Below, in pieces: positions 51,517 through 61,937 of a stretch of DNA of 64,000 nt (positions within the stretch are counted from its first letter, which is position 1; the number at the start of each line of letters is the position of its first letter). Below the pieces are notes generated by a model that saw only the letters and a list, made by a program, of their open reading frames with translations, searched no databases and was not told the DNA's origin. The stretch is from positions 32,001 through 96,000 of the forward strand of contig CBDUYR010000001.1 in assembly GCA_965371515.1 (NCBI GenBank), in the 5' to 3' direction. Position numbers and translations under genes: made by a program. Source of the DNA: an uncultured bacterium (GTDB lineage: Bacteria > Krumholzibacteriota > Krumholzibacteriia > Krumholzibacteriales > Krumholzibacteriaceae).

Positions 51517-51538
51517 CGCGTGTCCGAAGGGAGCGGCG

Positions 51539-51886
51539 ATGGCCGATAACATCGCGGTGATCGGCAACGAGGATTCGATAGAGTACTTCCGGGCTCTCGG
51601 ATGCGTGACATACGAGACCCATGGCGGCGAGCTGACAGAGCGGCAGTTCCTCGAGATCGTAGAGAGGAAGTTCAAGATCATCTTCGTCACCGAGGAGGTC
51701 TTCCACAAGTACAAGAAACTGATAAGGGAGAGATCGCAGAGGGTCTTCCCCGTGATAAGCATTATTCCGGCGATCCACGGAGCGGTATGGAAGGACGGGA
51801 TGCCGCATTCCGAGGGAATAGCCTTCGAAGAGATACGTCACGCGGTGATAAAGGCCGTTGGACAGGACCTGTCCGGTCCGGATTAA
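51539..51886 (+). CDS. A/V-type ATPase subunit F
   Basis: IAVIG.ED....F.ALG, IIFVTE and KAVG.D motifs. Confidence 0.9.
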   Translation: MADNIAVIGNEDSIEYFRALGCVTYETHGGELTERQFLEIVERKFKIIFVTEEVFHKYKKLIRERSQRVFPVISIIPAIHGAVWKDGMPHSEGIAFEEIRHAVIKAVGQDLSGPD

Positions 51887-51905
51887 ACAAGGAGAAAGGC
51901 ACGAG

Positions 51906-53693
51906 ATGGCCGATGGAAGAATAGTGAAGATCTCAGGCCCCCTCATCGTCGCCGAGGGGATGGAAGGAGCGAGGATGTTCGAGGTCGCCCGCGTCAGCGA
52001 CCGAGAGCTGATCGGCGAGATCATCGAGCTGCACGGTGACCAGGCGTACATCCAGGTCTACGAGGACACATCGGGGCTCGGGCCGGGGGAGAAGGTCGTG
52101 ACGACCGGCCAGTCGCTGAGCATCGATCTCGGGCCGGGGCTCCTCGAATCGATATACGACGGCATACAGCGCCCGCTAAACGACATCTACGACCAGGTGG
52201 GCCATTTCATCACCCGCGGGATCAACGTGCCGGGCCTCGACCGCAAGCGCAGATTCGACTTCATCCCGAACCCCGACCTGAAGGAAGGCGACGAGATAAA
52301 AGTCGGCGATATCCTCGGCGAGGTGAAGGAGACCGAGCTGATAATGCACAAGGTGATGGTGCCCCCGACAGTGAAGGGCGGCATCCTCAAGAGAAAACCG
52401 GAGAAGGGCACCTGCTTGATCGAGGACGTCATCGCCGAGATCGAGGCGGACGGCGAGGTGCAGGAGGTGAGGATGTTCCACCGCTGGCCGGTAAGGACTC
52501 CCCGCCCGATTACGCGGAAAACCCTTCCCGTCAAGCCGCTCGTCACCGGTCAGAGGGTGATCGACATGTTCTTCCCGATAAGCCAGGGCGGAACGGCTAC
52601 CATTCCCGGCCCCTTCGGTGCGGGAAAGACGGTTGTCCAGCACCAGCTCGCCAAGTGGTCCGACGCGAACGTCATAGTCTACGTCGGATGCGGTGAGCGC
52701 GGAAACGAGATGACCGACGTGCTCCAGGAATTCCCCGAACTGATCGATCCGAAAACGGGACGGCCCCTGATGGAGAGGACAGTGCTTATCGCCAACACGT
52801 CGAACATGCCCGTCGCGGCGCGCGAGGCATCGGTCTATACCGGCATCACGATCGCCGAGTACTACAGGGACATGGGATACGACGTCGCCGTACTGGCCGA
52901 TTCGACCTCGAGATGGGCCGAGGCGATGAGGGAGATGTCCGGACGTCTCGAGGAGATGCCCGGCGAGGAAGGGTATCCCGCGTATCTTCCGTCGAGGCTC
53001 GCCGAATTCTACGAGCGCTCGGGAAAAGTCGTCTGCAGCGGGAGCGAAGAACGCCAGGGAACGCTCAGCATCGTAGGTGCCGTCTCGCCGCCGGGAGGAG
53101 ACCTCTCCGACCCGGTCGTCCAGGCGACGCTCAAGGTTGTCAAGGTCTTCTGGTCGCTCGAGGACCAGCTCGCGTTCGAGAGGCACTTCCCCGCGATCGG
53201 GTGGCTGTCGAGCTACTCGCTTTACCATGACAACCTCCGAGAGTATTTCCGTAGTGAGGTCGAGGAGGAGTGGGAGGACGTGCGGATCACAGCGATGATC
53301 CTGCTCCAGAAAGAGGCCGAGCTCAAGGAACTCGTGCGGCTCGTAGGTGTCGACTCGCTCTCGTCGAACGACAGGATGGTCCTCGAGACATCGAAGCATA
53401 TCAGGGAGGATTTCCTTCACCAGTCGGCATTCGATCCGGAAGACGCGTATACGAGACTCGATAAACAGTTCCTCATGCTCAAGGTGATCGTCGAACTCCA
53501 CAGAGCGTGCGAGCGTGCCATCGAGAAGAAGGCCCCCCTTCGCAAGCTGCTCGAGCTCCCCGTCAGGGAGAAGATCGCGAGGATGAAGCATATCAAGGAA
53601 GACGATCTTGCCGAGTTCGATGTGATTCTCGGCGATATCACGGCTCAGATAGCCGACAGCATGACCGAGAACAGAGTCGGAGAGGCGGAGTGA
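51906..53693 (+). CDS. ntpA: A/V-type ATPase catalytic subunit A
   Basis: [17 protein letters not shown] and [12 protein letters not shown] motifs; no intein. Confidence 0.97.
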   Translation: MADGRIVKISGPLIVAEGMEGARMFEVARVSDRELIGEIIELHGDQAYIQVYEDTSGLGPGEKVVTTGQSLSIDLGPGLLESIYDGIQRPLNDIYDQVGHFITRGINVPGLDRKRRFDFIPNPDLKEGDEIKVGDILGEVKETELIMHKVMVPPTVKGGILKRKPEKGTCLIEDVIAEIEADGEVQEVRMFHRWPVRTPRPITRKTLPVKPLVTGQRVIDMFFPISQGGTATIPGPFGAGKTVVQHQLAKWSDANVIVYVGCGERGNEMTDVLQEFPELIDPKTGRPLMERTVLIANTSNMPVAAREASVYTGITIAEYYRDMGYDVAVLADSTSRWAEAMREMSGRLEEMPGEEGYPAYLPSRLAEFYERSGKVVCSGSEERQGTLSIVGAVSPPGGDLSDPVVQATLKVVKVFWSLEDQLAFERHFPAIGWLSSYSLYHDNLREYFRSEVEEEWEDVRITAMILLQKEAELKELVRLVGVDSLSSNDRMVLETSKHIREDFLHQSAFDPEDAYTRLDKQFLMLKVIVELHRACERAIEKKAPLRKLLELPVREKIARMKHIKEDDLAEFDVILGDITAQIADSMTENRVGEAE

Positions 53694-53694
53694 C

Positions 53695-55149
53695 ATGGTA
53701 ACAGAGTACAACACTATCGAAGAGATCGTCGGCCCGCTGGTATTTCTCAATGACGTCGATCACGCGACGGTAGAAGAGCTTGTCGAGGTCGAGCTTCCCA
53801 GCGGAGAACAGCGGCGGGGCAAGGTCCTCGAAGTCAACCGCAACAGGGTCCTCATCCAGCTGTTCGAGGGGACGAGAGGCGTCGACATCACCAGGACAAA
53901 GGTCCGCTTCCTCGGCAGGAGCCTCGAGCTCGCCGTATCGCCCGACATCCTCGGAAGGATCTTCAACGGGCTGGGCTCGCCGATCGACGACGGCCCGGCG
54001 ATCATCCCCGAGAAGAAACTCGACATCAACGGTGATCCGATAAACCCCTATGCGCGAGTCTATCCGCAGGAATTCATCCAGACCGGAATTTCCGCGATCG
54101 ATGGTCTCAATACGCTCGTGCGCGGGCAGAAACTCCCGATCTTCTCAGGCTTCGGCCTTCCACACTCCGAGCTCGCCGCGCAGATCGCCAGGCAGGCGAC
54201 CGTGCCCGGAAAAGAGGCGGCATTCGCCATCGTCTTCGCCGCTATGGGTATTACCTTTGAGGAGGCGAACTACTTCATCCGTGATTTCCAGGAGACCGGC
54301 GCGATGGAGAGGGTGGTCCTCTTCATCAATCTTGCCAACGACCCGACTATCGAGCGTATAGCGACGCCGCGCGCCGCGCTGACGGCCGCTGAGTACCTCG
54401 CCTTCGAGAAGGGGATGCACGTGCTGGTTATCCTTACCGACATGACGAACTACTGCGAGGCGCTCCGCGAGGTGTCGGTCGCGAGGAAGGAGATCCCGGG
54501 CAGGCGCGGTTATCCCGGTTATCTCTACACCGACCTGGCGACGATCTACGAACGGGCCGGGCTGCTCAAGGGCGAGAAGGAGGGAGAAGTGCTTCCGGGG
54601 TCGATCACACAGATCCCCGTCCTCTCGATGCCCGACGACGACAAGACGCATCCGATACCCGACCTTACAGGATACATCACCGAAGGACAGGTGATCCTCG
54701 ACCGCGTGCTGCACCGCAAGGGGATCTATCCGCCGATCAACGTCCTGCCGAGCCTCTCGAGGTTGAGGGACAAGGGTATCGGCGAGGGCAGGACGCGCGA
54801 GGACCATCCGCATATAGCGAACCAGCTCTTCTCCTCCTACGCGAAGAGCAAGGAGATCGAAGAGCTCGCCGTGGTGCTCGGCGAGGCGGCGCTGACCGAC
54901 ACCGACAGGGCGTTCATGAAGATGGGCGAGAAGTTCGAGGACCGTTTCATCAGGCAGGCGCTTGACGAGAACCGCACGATCGAGGAGACCCTGTCGATCG
55001 GCTGGGACCTGCTTACAATGATCCCGAAGTCCGAGATCAAGAGGATCAAGGACGATATGATAGAGAAGTACCTTCCCGTGAAGACTGACGATGACGAAGA
55101 TCCTGCCGTCGCGTCCGCTGACACCGCGGAGGAGGAAGGCGCCGAGTGA
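53695..55149 (+). CDS. ntpB: A/V-type ATPase subunit B
   Basis: [23 protein letters not shown] and [15 protein letters not shown] motifs. Confidence 0.97.
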   Translation: MVTEYNTIEEIVGPLVFLNDVDHATVEELVEVELPSGEQRRGKVLEVNRNRVLIQLFEGTRGVDITRTKVRFLGRSLELAVSPDILGRIFNGLGSPIDDGPAIIPEKKLDINGDPINPYARVYPQEFIQTGISAIDGLNTLVRGQKLPIFSGFGLPHSELAAQIARQATVPGKEAAFAIVFAAMGITFEEANYFIRDFQETGAMERVVLFINLANDPTIERIATPRAALTAAEYLAFEKGMHVLVILTDMTNYCEALREVSVARKEIPGRRGYPGYLYTDLATIYERAGLLKGEKEGEVLPGSITQIPVLSMPDDDKTHPIPDLTGYITEGQVILDRVLHRKGIYPPINVLPSLSRLRDKGIGEGRTREDHPHIANQLFSSYAKSKEIEELAVVLGEAALTDTDRAFMKMGEKFEDRFIRQALDENRTIEETLSIGWDLLTMIPKSEIKRIKDDMIEKYLPVKTDDDEDPAVASADTAEEEGAE

Positions 55150-55778
55150 AGAGGAAGGTCAACCCCAACAGGATGATGCTGCTGCGCCTGCGGCGAAGGA
55201 GCGAGCTCGCCCGGCGGGGACACAAGCTCCTGAAGAACAAGCAGGAGAAACTGATGCAGAACTTCATCGCGCTCGCCCGCGACACGTCCGAGCTGCGCCG
55301 CCGCCTCGAGAAGATCTTCATGGAGATATCGATGCACTACCTCAAAGGGCGATCAGTCACCGGAAGGCAGAGCATCGAGGATGCCCTCTCGCTGACGACG
55401 ATGGCGGGCACGCTCGAGACAGGCATGCGCAGCGAGATGAACGTCAGGATCCCCGAGTTCACGTTCACTGTTCCCGAAGCCGATCCCGCTTACAGCCTGC
55501 AGGGCACTTCACCCGAGCTCGACGTTGCGTTCGAGAAGCTCCGCGACAACTTCCAGGAGCTGCTCGACCTGGCGGCCTCGGAGGACGGGTTGTTCAAACT
55601 CGCCGACGAACTGGAGAAGACACGCCGCAGGGTGAACGCTCTCGAGTACATCCTCATCCCCGACCTCGAGGTCCAGATCCGATCGATCGAGAGCAAGCTC
55701 AGCGAGGCGGAGCGCAGCACGCAGACCCGCCTGATGAAGATCAAGGACATGGTCAAGGCGAGAGAATCCCGGCAATAG
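55146..55778 (+). CDS. ntpD: A/V-type ATPase subunit D
   Basis: NP.RM.L, RGHKLLK and [10 protein letters not shown] motifs. Confidence 0.95.
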   Translation: MKRKVNPNRMMLLRLRRRSELARRGHKLLKNKQEKLMQNFIALARDTSELRRRLEKIFMEISMHYLKGRSVTGRQSIEDALSLTTMAGTLETGMRSEMNVRIPEFTFTVPEADPAYSLQGTSPELDVAFEKLRDNFQELLDLAASEDGLFKLADELEKTRRRVNALEYILIPDLEVQIRSIESKLSEAERSTQTRLMKIKDMVKARESRQ

Positions 55779-55781
55779 GAT

Positions 55782-55810
55782 TTGACCGACCCGCTTCCTC
55801 TGGATATATT
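55782..55810 (+). promoter_or_regulatory. Putative sigma70 promoter directly after the ATPase operon
   Basis: TTGACC-N17-TATATT. Confidence 0.55.
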
Positions 55811-55816
55811 CAAGTA

Positions 55817-56064
55817 TACTCACTCCGCAGGGCTGCAACGGAGACCCCACCTGATTCTTCGCGCACCCACCCGAAGGGAATACCTGCAATATGAGTCGTA
55901 CGAAGGGGTGTTCTGCGGGACACGCCTGCCAGCACCTCCCGACGACGACAGGCAAGTTTGTCGTGATAAAATGACACTGTTCATGTTATATTCTGTTTTC
56001 GTAAGGAGTTGGCGTTTGTACCGGGCCGTTCCGGGAGGGACGATTGGAAATCGTTCCCCTTTTT
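55817..56064 (+). ncRNA. Candidate structured small RNA or leader of unknown family
   Basis: Promoter upstream and terminator downstream; pairings TCCGCAGGGC/GTTCTGCGGGA and ACCCC/GGGGT; no convincing ORF. Confidence 0.35.
56034..56064 (+). terminator. Intrinsic terminator
   Basis: GGGACGAT-tggaa-ATCGTTCC stem followed by CC and TTTTT. Confidence 0.6.
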
Positions 56065-56085
56065 CCACCACGGGCGGCTATTTTA

Positions 56086-56114
56086 TTGACACTGTGTGAA
56101 GGGATAATTATATT
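56086..56114 (+). promoter_or_regulatory. Putative sigma70 promoter of the TonB-receptor operon
   Basis: TTGACA-N17-TATATT. Confidence 0.65.
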
Positions 56115-56242
56115 ATCCGTGAGGAATTAGAGGAGAGTTTGAGACCCCACACCTGCACCCGCCCCGCATGCTGTCCGTATGATTCGGGACGGGCCCTATA
56201 TACAGGCATAGATGCTACACAGGCAAGTACAAGGAGATTGAC

Positions 56243-59200
56243 ATGAAAGCCCGCTCTCATTTCAGGCTGCTTGCCGTTGTGCTTCCCGCCCTGACAATCC
56301 TTGTGGCTGCGCAATCCGCCATGGCGCAATCGGGAAGGCTCAACGGCAGAGTGACGGAAGCAGAGACAGGCAGTGCCCTTCCCTATGCCAACGTAGTGAT
56401 CGTCGGCACAAACATGGGTGGAATGACCCTGACCGATGGGACGTTCACGATCGTCGGAGTTCCCGTCGGCACATATACCATCAAGGTAATGATGATGGGA
56501 TTCAAGCCGGAAGAAGAGACCGGTGTCAGAGTCAATGCCAGCCAGACGACGAGGGTTGATTTCAAGCTTATAACGCAGATCGTGGGTAAGACGCAGGAGA
56601 TCGTCGTCGAGGCCGAACAGGTCCAGATCGATGTGAGGAGCTCCGATGTCAAGCACAGGGTATCCAGGGACGAGCTCATGGAACTCCCCGTAGACGATGT
56701 CGTCGAGGCGATCGCGCTCAAGGGCGGCATCGTAAAGACCGGCGACGAACTGCACGTCCGTGGAGGGCGTGACAGTGAAGTCCAGTTCCAGATCGACGGT
56801 GTTCCGGTGGACGATCCTCTCGGAGGCGGGATGATCTCGGTAGGTATGCTGGGTACCAGCGACAGCGAAATCATCACCGGGGGAATGGACGCCGAGTACG
56901 GAAATGCGCAGTCGGCCATCGTGAACATCAGCACGAGAGAGGGCGGCCGGAGCTTCGAGGGACAGGTCAGGTACATGACTGACGATTTCGGCCGCAAGGA
57001 CAAGACATATACCAACTATGACAGGTTCAGCCTCGGTTTCGGCGGACCTACCGGGGTCAGGAACATCACGTTCTACGTCTCGGGCGAGTTCACCGCATCG
57101 GACGGTGAGAACTGGGCGATCTGGGACAGGAGCAATCATATGGCCGGTACGCCGATGTCGGACATCATGAGCTTCGCGCAGAGGCAGTCCGAATCGTACA
57201 ACGTCCAGGGTAAGCTCGCCTGGCAGGTCAAGCCGGGGATGAAGCTGATCGGCGAGGCGATCTATTCGCACGCCCGCTCCCACGGATATCTCAACAACTG
57301 GAACATCGAGGGATACGTCCAGAAAGTATATAGATTTACGACACTGCGGGCCAGCCGTGAAAGCCTCGCCGACGATGCGAGGGCCTTCGGCCCGTACGTC
57401 TCGGTCTATCACGGCCCATGGATAGAGATGTCAGAGGCCGAGCTCGAAGCGATGAGGATCGATTACTATCCCGGCACCCTTGAGGAGAGGCGCCGCACGA
57501 TCTACCCGATCACGATCTTTACAAAGGTGCGCGATCCGAACAACCCGGAAGCCGGCGCTTTCATAATCAGGTACGACAACTTCTTCGCGAGACTGGTGGA
57601 GAACATCTACGGCGAAGAGACCGAGATTATCTGGGAAGAGCAGGTCATCAACTCAGAGGGCCAGGCGGAAGTGCAGAACAAGGTCCTCTTCGAGGGATTC
57701 CAGAATCCCGACTCGAAGTTCAGTTATTTCAGGGATGATTCGAGCTTCGTCTACTTCAACTCGGCCGAACGGACCAATGTCGCTATCAGCAATAACCTCA
57801 ACCTCAAGGTGGCGCTGAACCACAATATCAACGACAACGTGCTGTACACGATCAACCTCAGCCGTTCGCAGTTCGACAGGGAAGTGTCGGTCAAGGATCC
57901 CGTGACGGGTGAACTGAAAGACCCGCAGGAATTCCTCGTGGCCGGATTGCCGACGATCCTGCCCAGCGGAGTGTTCATGCTAAGCGGCGTGAGCAACGCG
58001 ATGTGGTACAGTGATCCGGAATATCCATACTTCGTCGATGCGTACGATTACCCGTTTTACCAGGACCGCAGCTCAGTCATATACACGGTGAAGGGAGACA
58101 TCACGTCCCAGCAGTGGTACGGGCACGTGTTCAGGACCGGAGTGCAGTTCATATACAACGATCTCCAGGACCGGGCGATCAACCGCCCGGGCAGCGTGAG
58201 GCGTATGGAGGACGGCACCTACATGATCGGGACGAGCGCGAACGTATTCCATAACTTCAATCCCGAGGCATCCTTTTATGTACAGGACAAGTGGGAATAC
58301 CAGGGTATGGTAGTCAATGCGGGGGTAAGGTTCGATTTCTTCTCGCCTGGAAACAACACCGAGATCCTGATCAGCTCGGCGGAGATCGATCCCACCGTTG
58401 AAAAGTACAAATTCCAGATCAGCCCGCGCCTCGGCTTCGCGTTCCCGATCACCGACAAGGACAAGTTCCACTTCCATTACGGAAGGTTTACACAGTGGCC
58501 GAGCAGATCCTTCCTGTTCCGCACGCAGGACCTGGTCGCCGGGACCGGAACCCTCGGCAACCCCAATCTCGACGAGGAGCTCACAGTTTCGTACCAGGCC
58601 GGTGTATCGCACCAGTTTACCGAAACGGTCGCGGCGAACTTCGTTGTGTTCAACAAGGATATCTATGGACTGATCTCGTCGACCAGGGTAACCGACGAGG
58701 ACCTCGGGATTCAGGGCTACCGCTATATCAACAGGACATATGCGAGCTCGCGGGGAATGGAGGTCGCGATCAACAAACGTCTCAGCCACCACATCGGAGG
58801 CGAGATCTCATATACATGGTCGTTCGCCGACGGCGTTGCCTCCGACGCTGACTTCGGCGTCACAGCCCAGGGGCTGTCCCACCTGCCGACACAGGAGATG
58901 CCCCTCGACTGGGATCAGCGCCACACGCTGAACGTCACCTTGAGGCTGCAGGACGAGAACAAATGGGGAGCCACGGTGGTCTACTCCTTTGGAAGCGGGC
59001 TGCCATGGACGCCTGTCGACAGGTTCGCCAGGCGCGCGGACCCACTGTGGGAGAACTCGATGAGGCTCGACGCGACGCACGTTATCAACATTCAGGGAAG
59101 AAAGAAGTTCAACATATACGGACAGGAGCTGACGCTGTTCTTCGAGGGCAGGAACCTGCTCAACGATGATGTGCTCCTGCCATTCGGTACGGCTCCCTTC

Positions 59201-59386
59201 GCCAATCCCCTCATGGGCAATGCCAGGATGGACGGCGGCTCCTATCTCACCGAGACGGGGAATTTCGGAGGAGCGTACCTCCAGGACCTTGACGAGGACG
59301 GCATCGATGACTTCACGCCGGTGAACGATCCTACGATCTGGGCCAGGCACAGACAGTGGCGCATAGGCTTTGGGTTCGAGTTCTAG
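56243..59386 (+). CDS. TonB-dependent-receptor-like outer-membrane protein with N-terminal carboxypeptidase-regulatory-like domain
   Basis: Signal peptide; G.V....TG..LP.ANV; plug motifs LHVRGGR, IDGVPV.D, TGGMDAEYGNAQS; barrel motifs SPRLG.AFP, GNPNL, DWDQRH; terminal Phe. Confidence 0.9.
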   Translation: MKARSHFRLLAVVLPALTILVAAQSAMAQSGRLNGRVTEAETGSALPYANVVIVGTNMGGMTLTDGTFTIVGVPVGTYTIKVMMMGFKPEEETGVRVNASQTTRVDFKLITQIVGKTQEIVVEAEQVQIDVRSSDVKHRVSRDELMELPVDDVVEAIALKGGIVKTGDELHVRGGRDSEVQFQIDGVPVDDPLGGGMISVGMLGTSDSEIITGGMDAEYGNAQSAIVNISTREGGRSFEGQVRYMTDDFGRKDKTYTNYDRFSLGFGGPTGVRNITFYVSGEFTASDGENWAIWDRSNHMAGTPMSDIMSFAQRQSESYNVQGKLAWQVKPGMKLIGEAIYSHARSHGYLNNWNIEGYVQKVYRFTTLRASRESLADDARAFGPYVSVYHGPWIEMSEAELEAMRIDYYPGTLEERRRTIYPITIFTKVRDPNNPEAGAFIIRYDNFFARLVENIYGEETEIIWEEQVINSEGQAEVQNKVLFEGFQNPDSKFSYFRDDSSFVYFNSAERTNVAISNNLNLKVALNHNINDNVLYTINLSRSQFDREVSVKDPVTGELKDPQEFLVAGLPTILPSGVFMLSGVSNAMWYSDPEYPYFVDAYDYPFYQDRSSVIYTVKGDITSQQWYGHVFRTGVQFIYNDLQDRAINRPGSVRRMEDGTYMIGTSANVFHNFNPEASFYVQDKWEYQGMVVNAGVRFDFFSPGNNTEILISSAEIDPTVEKYKFQISPRLGFAFPITDKDKFHFHYGRFTQWPSRSFLFRTQDLVAGTGTLGNPNLDEELTVSYQAGVSHQFTETVAANFVVFNKDIYGLISSTRVTDEDLGIQGYRYINRTYASSRGMEVAINKRLSHHIGGEISYTWSFADGVASDADFGVTAQGLSHLPTQEMPLDWDQRHTLNVTLRLQDENKWGATVVYSFGSGLPWTPVDRFARRADPLWENSMRLDATHVINIQGRKKFNIYGQELTLFFEGRNLLNDDVLLPFGTAPFANPLMGNARMDGGSYLTETGNFGGAYLQDLDEDGIDDFTPVNDPTIWARHRQWRIGFGFEF

Positions 59387-59420
59387 GAAAATCTGTGGAG
59401 AGATACTGGAGGTCCTAACG

Positions 59421-61904
59421 ATGATACGCAAGGGATGCATGCTGATCGCTCTTGCTTCGCTTCTGATCTTCATGCTTCACTCTCCGGCTTCTGCCAGGGA
59501 GGAAGAGGGGGAATGGAGCGACAAGCTCAATCAGCTTGACCAGATATGGGTATACGACGGAACAGGCATACATAATGTCGGAAATCTCCAGATGCATGTG
59601 TGCAACTGGGGCTGCTTCGGGTCGTACCCCGGCTCGCGCCAGCCGACGGCCGAGTACCCTTCGGCGCAATGGCCCGCCAACTCTGGCGTGGAATATCTTT
59701 ATATCGCCGGTCTCTGGGTCGGGGCGAGGAAGGGTGGTATCCCCGTCGTTTCGACCTCCGCGTACCAGATCGAGTTCAGGCCTCCCGGAACGGAGGACCC
59801 GAACGCGAAGATCTACACGGCGTTCGAGGGGATCCAGAACGGAGCGAGGCTGCCGAGCCCCGACGACGATGACAAAGACGGAGTCTCGGACGAGGACTGG
59901 CTGAACGGCGAGGACGACGATGGCGACGGGAAGATCGACGAGGATTTCGGCGCGATAGGCAAGCAGATGTTTACCTGCTGGTTCACCGATGATCATCCGG
60001 GCGCCTCCCAGAGGTACCCCGAGCATACTCCGCTTCACCTGTTCGTGAGGCAGGAAAGCTACCAGTGGGAAGAGGAGCAGTTCTACGACTTCGTCGGCGT
60101 CGAGTACAAGATCACAAACTATGGCACTGATATCGTAGAGGATGTTTTCGTGGGCTTCTTCGCCGACGGCGATGCCGGCCCGCGCGACCGCGAGCAGTAC
60201 TGGATGGATGACTGCACCGGTCTCTGGGAGGGAATCCGCTGCGCACAGAAGGGCGAGAGGCAGGTTCCGGTGAGGATGAGCGTCGCCTACTTCTACGACA
60301 AGGACGGCGACGAGGGGATGACGACAGGTTACCTCGGCATCATCTTCCTCGGCCACGACGTCGATCCGCTCGGTGAGAACGCACCGCAGAAGGTCGGAAT
60401 CACGTCGTACCAGAACTTCTCGGGCGATCAGCCGTATGCGAACGGCGGCGACCCGACGAACGACTACGAGCGGTACGAGCTCATGAGCAAGGAAGGCAAG
60501 GACCGTAACGCCGAGGTCCCGCGCGATTACAGGATGATGATGGCCACGGGCCCCTTCCGCGAGCTGTATCCCGACAGCACGATGATACTCCAGGTAGCAT
60601 TTGTCGTGGGCGAGGGCCTCGAGGGTATGCTCTCCTCCGCGGCGAGCGCGACGATGGCCTTCCAGGGCAACTGGTTCGATATCGACGGTAACCCCCAGAC
60701 GGGAGTCCTCGGCAGGGAGACGCCGCTGCCCGGTCCGGTGAGCGGTATAGATCCCGATTCATGCGACAATGACTTAGCCCTCCTGTCGGCTGCCAGGGGC
60801 GAGATCCTCTGGATAAACCTCGATTGCGGCGAGGAGCAAGAGCTCATAAAAAGCACGAGATGCCCGAGGGGCGAGGCGATCGACGAGGATTTTATGACCG
60901 GTGTGTTCGGCAAGGAGACCAACGTCAAGTGGCTCGTAGGTTCGGCGCCGCCTCCGCCTAATATGAGGATCCTTCCTTTCGACCACAGGATCGTCCTCCT
61001 CTGGGACAACTTCAGCGAGGTCACTCCGGACGTCTCGACGCTAGAGTTCGACTTCGAGGGATACAGGATCTGGAGGGCCGACGGATGGGGAAGGCCTCTC
61101 GGCACTTCGGTACTCAGCGGACCGGCCAGGGAACTGTGGCAGCTCCTCGAGGAGAGGGACCTGATCAACGGTGTCCTGCCTGACATCGAGTTCAAGAAAC
61201 CGATATCCGAGGATGGATGGCAATACGATCCTCTCCCGGAGCTCGGCAACAAGGACGAACTGATGGCATACTTCGAGGAGAACCTCTGGTACTATCCGCT
61301 CGATACGGTTCCCTGCCCGCCAGGGCTGAGCAATCTTCAATGCGATACCCTCGAATCGCTCGCGAGGTTTAACCTCGGCTTCGAGGGCGGCCTGCAGTAC
61401 TACCAGTTCGCAGACATAGACGTGCATAACGGCATGCACTATTTTTACAGCATCACGGCCTACGATCACCTGCTGGTCAGTGGTATGCCGGTCAAGCCCA
61501 ACAAGTACGGTGATCCGGCATCGAACTTCCAGTACACGGTGCCACTCTCCGATGCGCAGGAGGCGGAGGGATACCTCGACGAAGAGGTATATGTCGTTCC
61601 CAATCCGGCGACGGCGGAATCGATGGATCCGTGGAAGCTCGAGCCCAACATGGATGATCCTACGGGTATCAAGGTCGAGTTCAGGAACCTGCCAGCATGC
61701 AGGAGCACTGTCAGGATATACTCTCTCGCCGGCGACCTCGTCGAGACGCTGTACCATGACGGATCGGAGGGACGGGGTACTCTGATGTGGGATCTCGTAT
61801 CCCGCAACGGTCAGAATGTGACCAGCGGCGTCTATCTCTTCGCGGTGGAACCGGACGACGAAAAGTTTAACAGGACTATCGGAAAGTTCGTGGTTATCAG
61901 ATAA
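59421..61904 (+). CDS. Secreted protein with Asp-rich Ca-binding-like repeats, FN3-like domain and T9SS-type C-terminal domain
   Basis: Signal peptide; DDDDKDGVSDED..NGEDDDGDGKIDED; FEGYRIWR and NG..Y.Y.ITAYD; C-terminal VYVVPNP...F.NLP...RIYSLAGDLV...WDL....Q.V.SGVY...GKFVVIR. Confidence 0.8.
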   Translation: MIRKGCMLIALASLLIFMLHSPASAREEEGEWSDKLNQLDQIWVYDGTGIHNVGNLQMHVCNWGCFGSYPGSRQPTAEYPSAQWPANSGVEYLYIAGLWVGARKGGIPVVSTSAYQIEFRPPGTEDPNAKIYTAFEGIQNGARLPSPDDDDKDGVSDEDWLNGEDDDGDGKIDEDFGAIGKQMFTCWFTDDHPGASQRYPEHTPLHLFVRQESYQWEEEQFYDFVGVEYKITNYGTDIVEDVFVGFFADGDAGPRDREQYWMDDCTGLWEGIRCAQKGERQVPVRMSVAYFYDKDGDEGMTTGYLGIIFLGHDVDPLGENAPQKVGITSYQNFSGDQPYANGGDPTNDYERYELMSKEGKDRNAEVPRDYRMMMATGPFRELYPDSTMILQVAFVVGEGLEGMLSSAASATMAFQGNWFDIDGNPQTGVLGRETPLPGPVSGIDPDSCDNDLALLSAARGEILWINLDCGEEQELIKSTRCPRGEAIDEDFMTGVFGKETNVKWLVGSAPPPPNMRILPFDHRIVLLWDNFSEVTPDVSTLEFDFEGYRIWRADGWGRPLGTSVLSGPARELWQLLEERDLINGVLPDIEFKKPISEDGWQYDPLPELGNKDELMAYFEENLWYYPLDTVPCPPGLSNLQCDTLESLARFNLGFEGGLQYYQFADIDVHNGMHYFYSITAYDHLLVSGMPVKPNKYGDPASNFQYTVPLSDAQEAEGYLDEEVYVVPNPATAESMDPWKLEPNMDDPTGIKVEFRNLPACRSTVRIYSLAGDLVETLYHDGSEGRGTLMWDLVSRNGQNVTSGVYLFAVEPDDEKFNRTIGKFVVIR

Positions 61905-61937
61905 ATGAATGTTAGATTAATTTCAGGAGGTCTGGTG

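Noticed and set aside
55820..55960. 6S RNA, cobalamin or canonical TPP riboswitch assignment
   Set aside because: GCACCCACC, CCTGCC and ACCTGAT fragments occur, but order, length and required stems do not fit any of these families. Kept only as an unknown RNA candidate.
55782..56099. 105-aa ORF in the ATPase-receptor intergenic region
   Set aside because: Its TTG start is the -35 box, composition is atypical, and it crosses a terminator.
59860..59946. GACGAC-rich repeats suggesting a DNA repeat array
   Set aside because: They encode the Asp-rich Ca-binding-like motif inside the CDS; there is no repeat-spacer structure.
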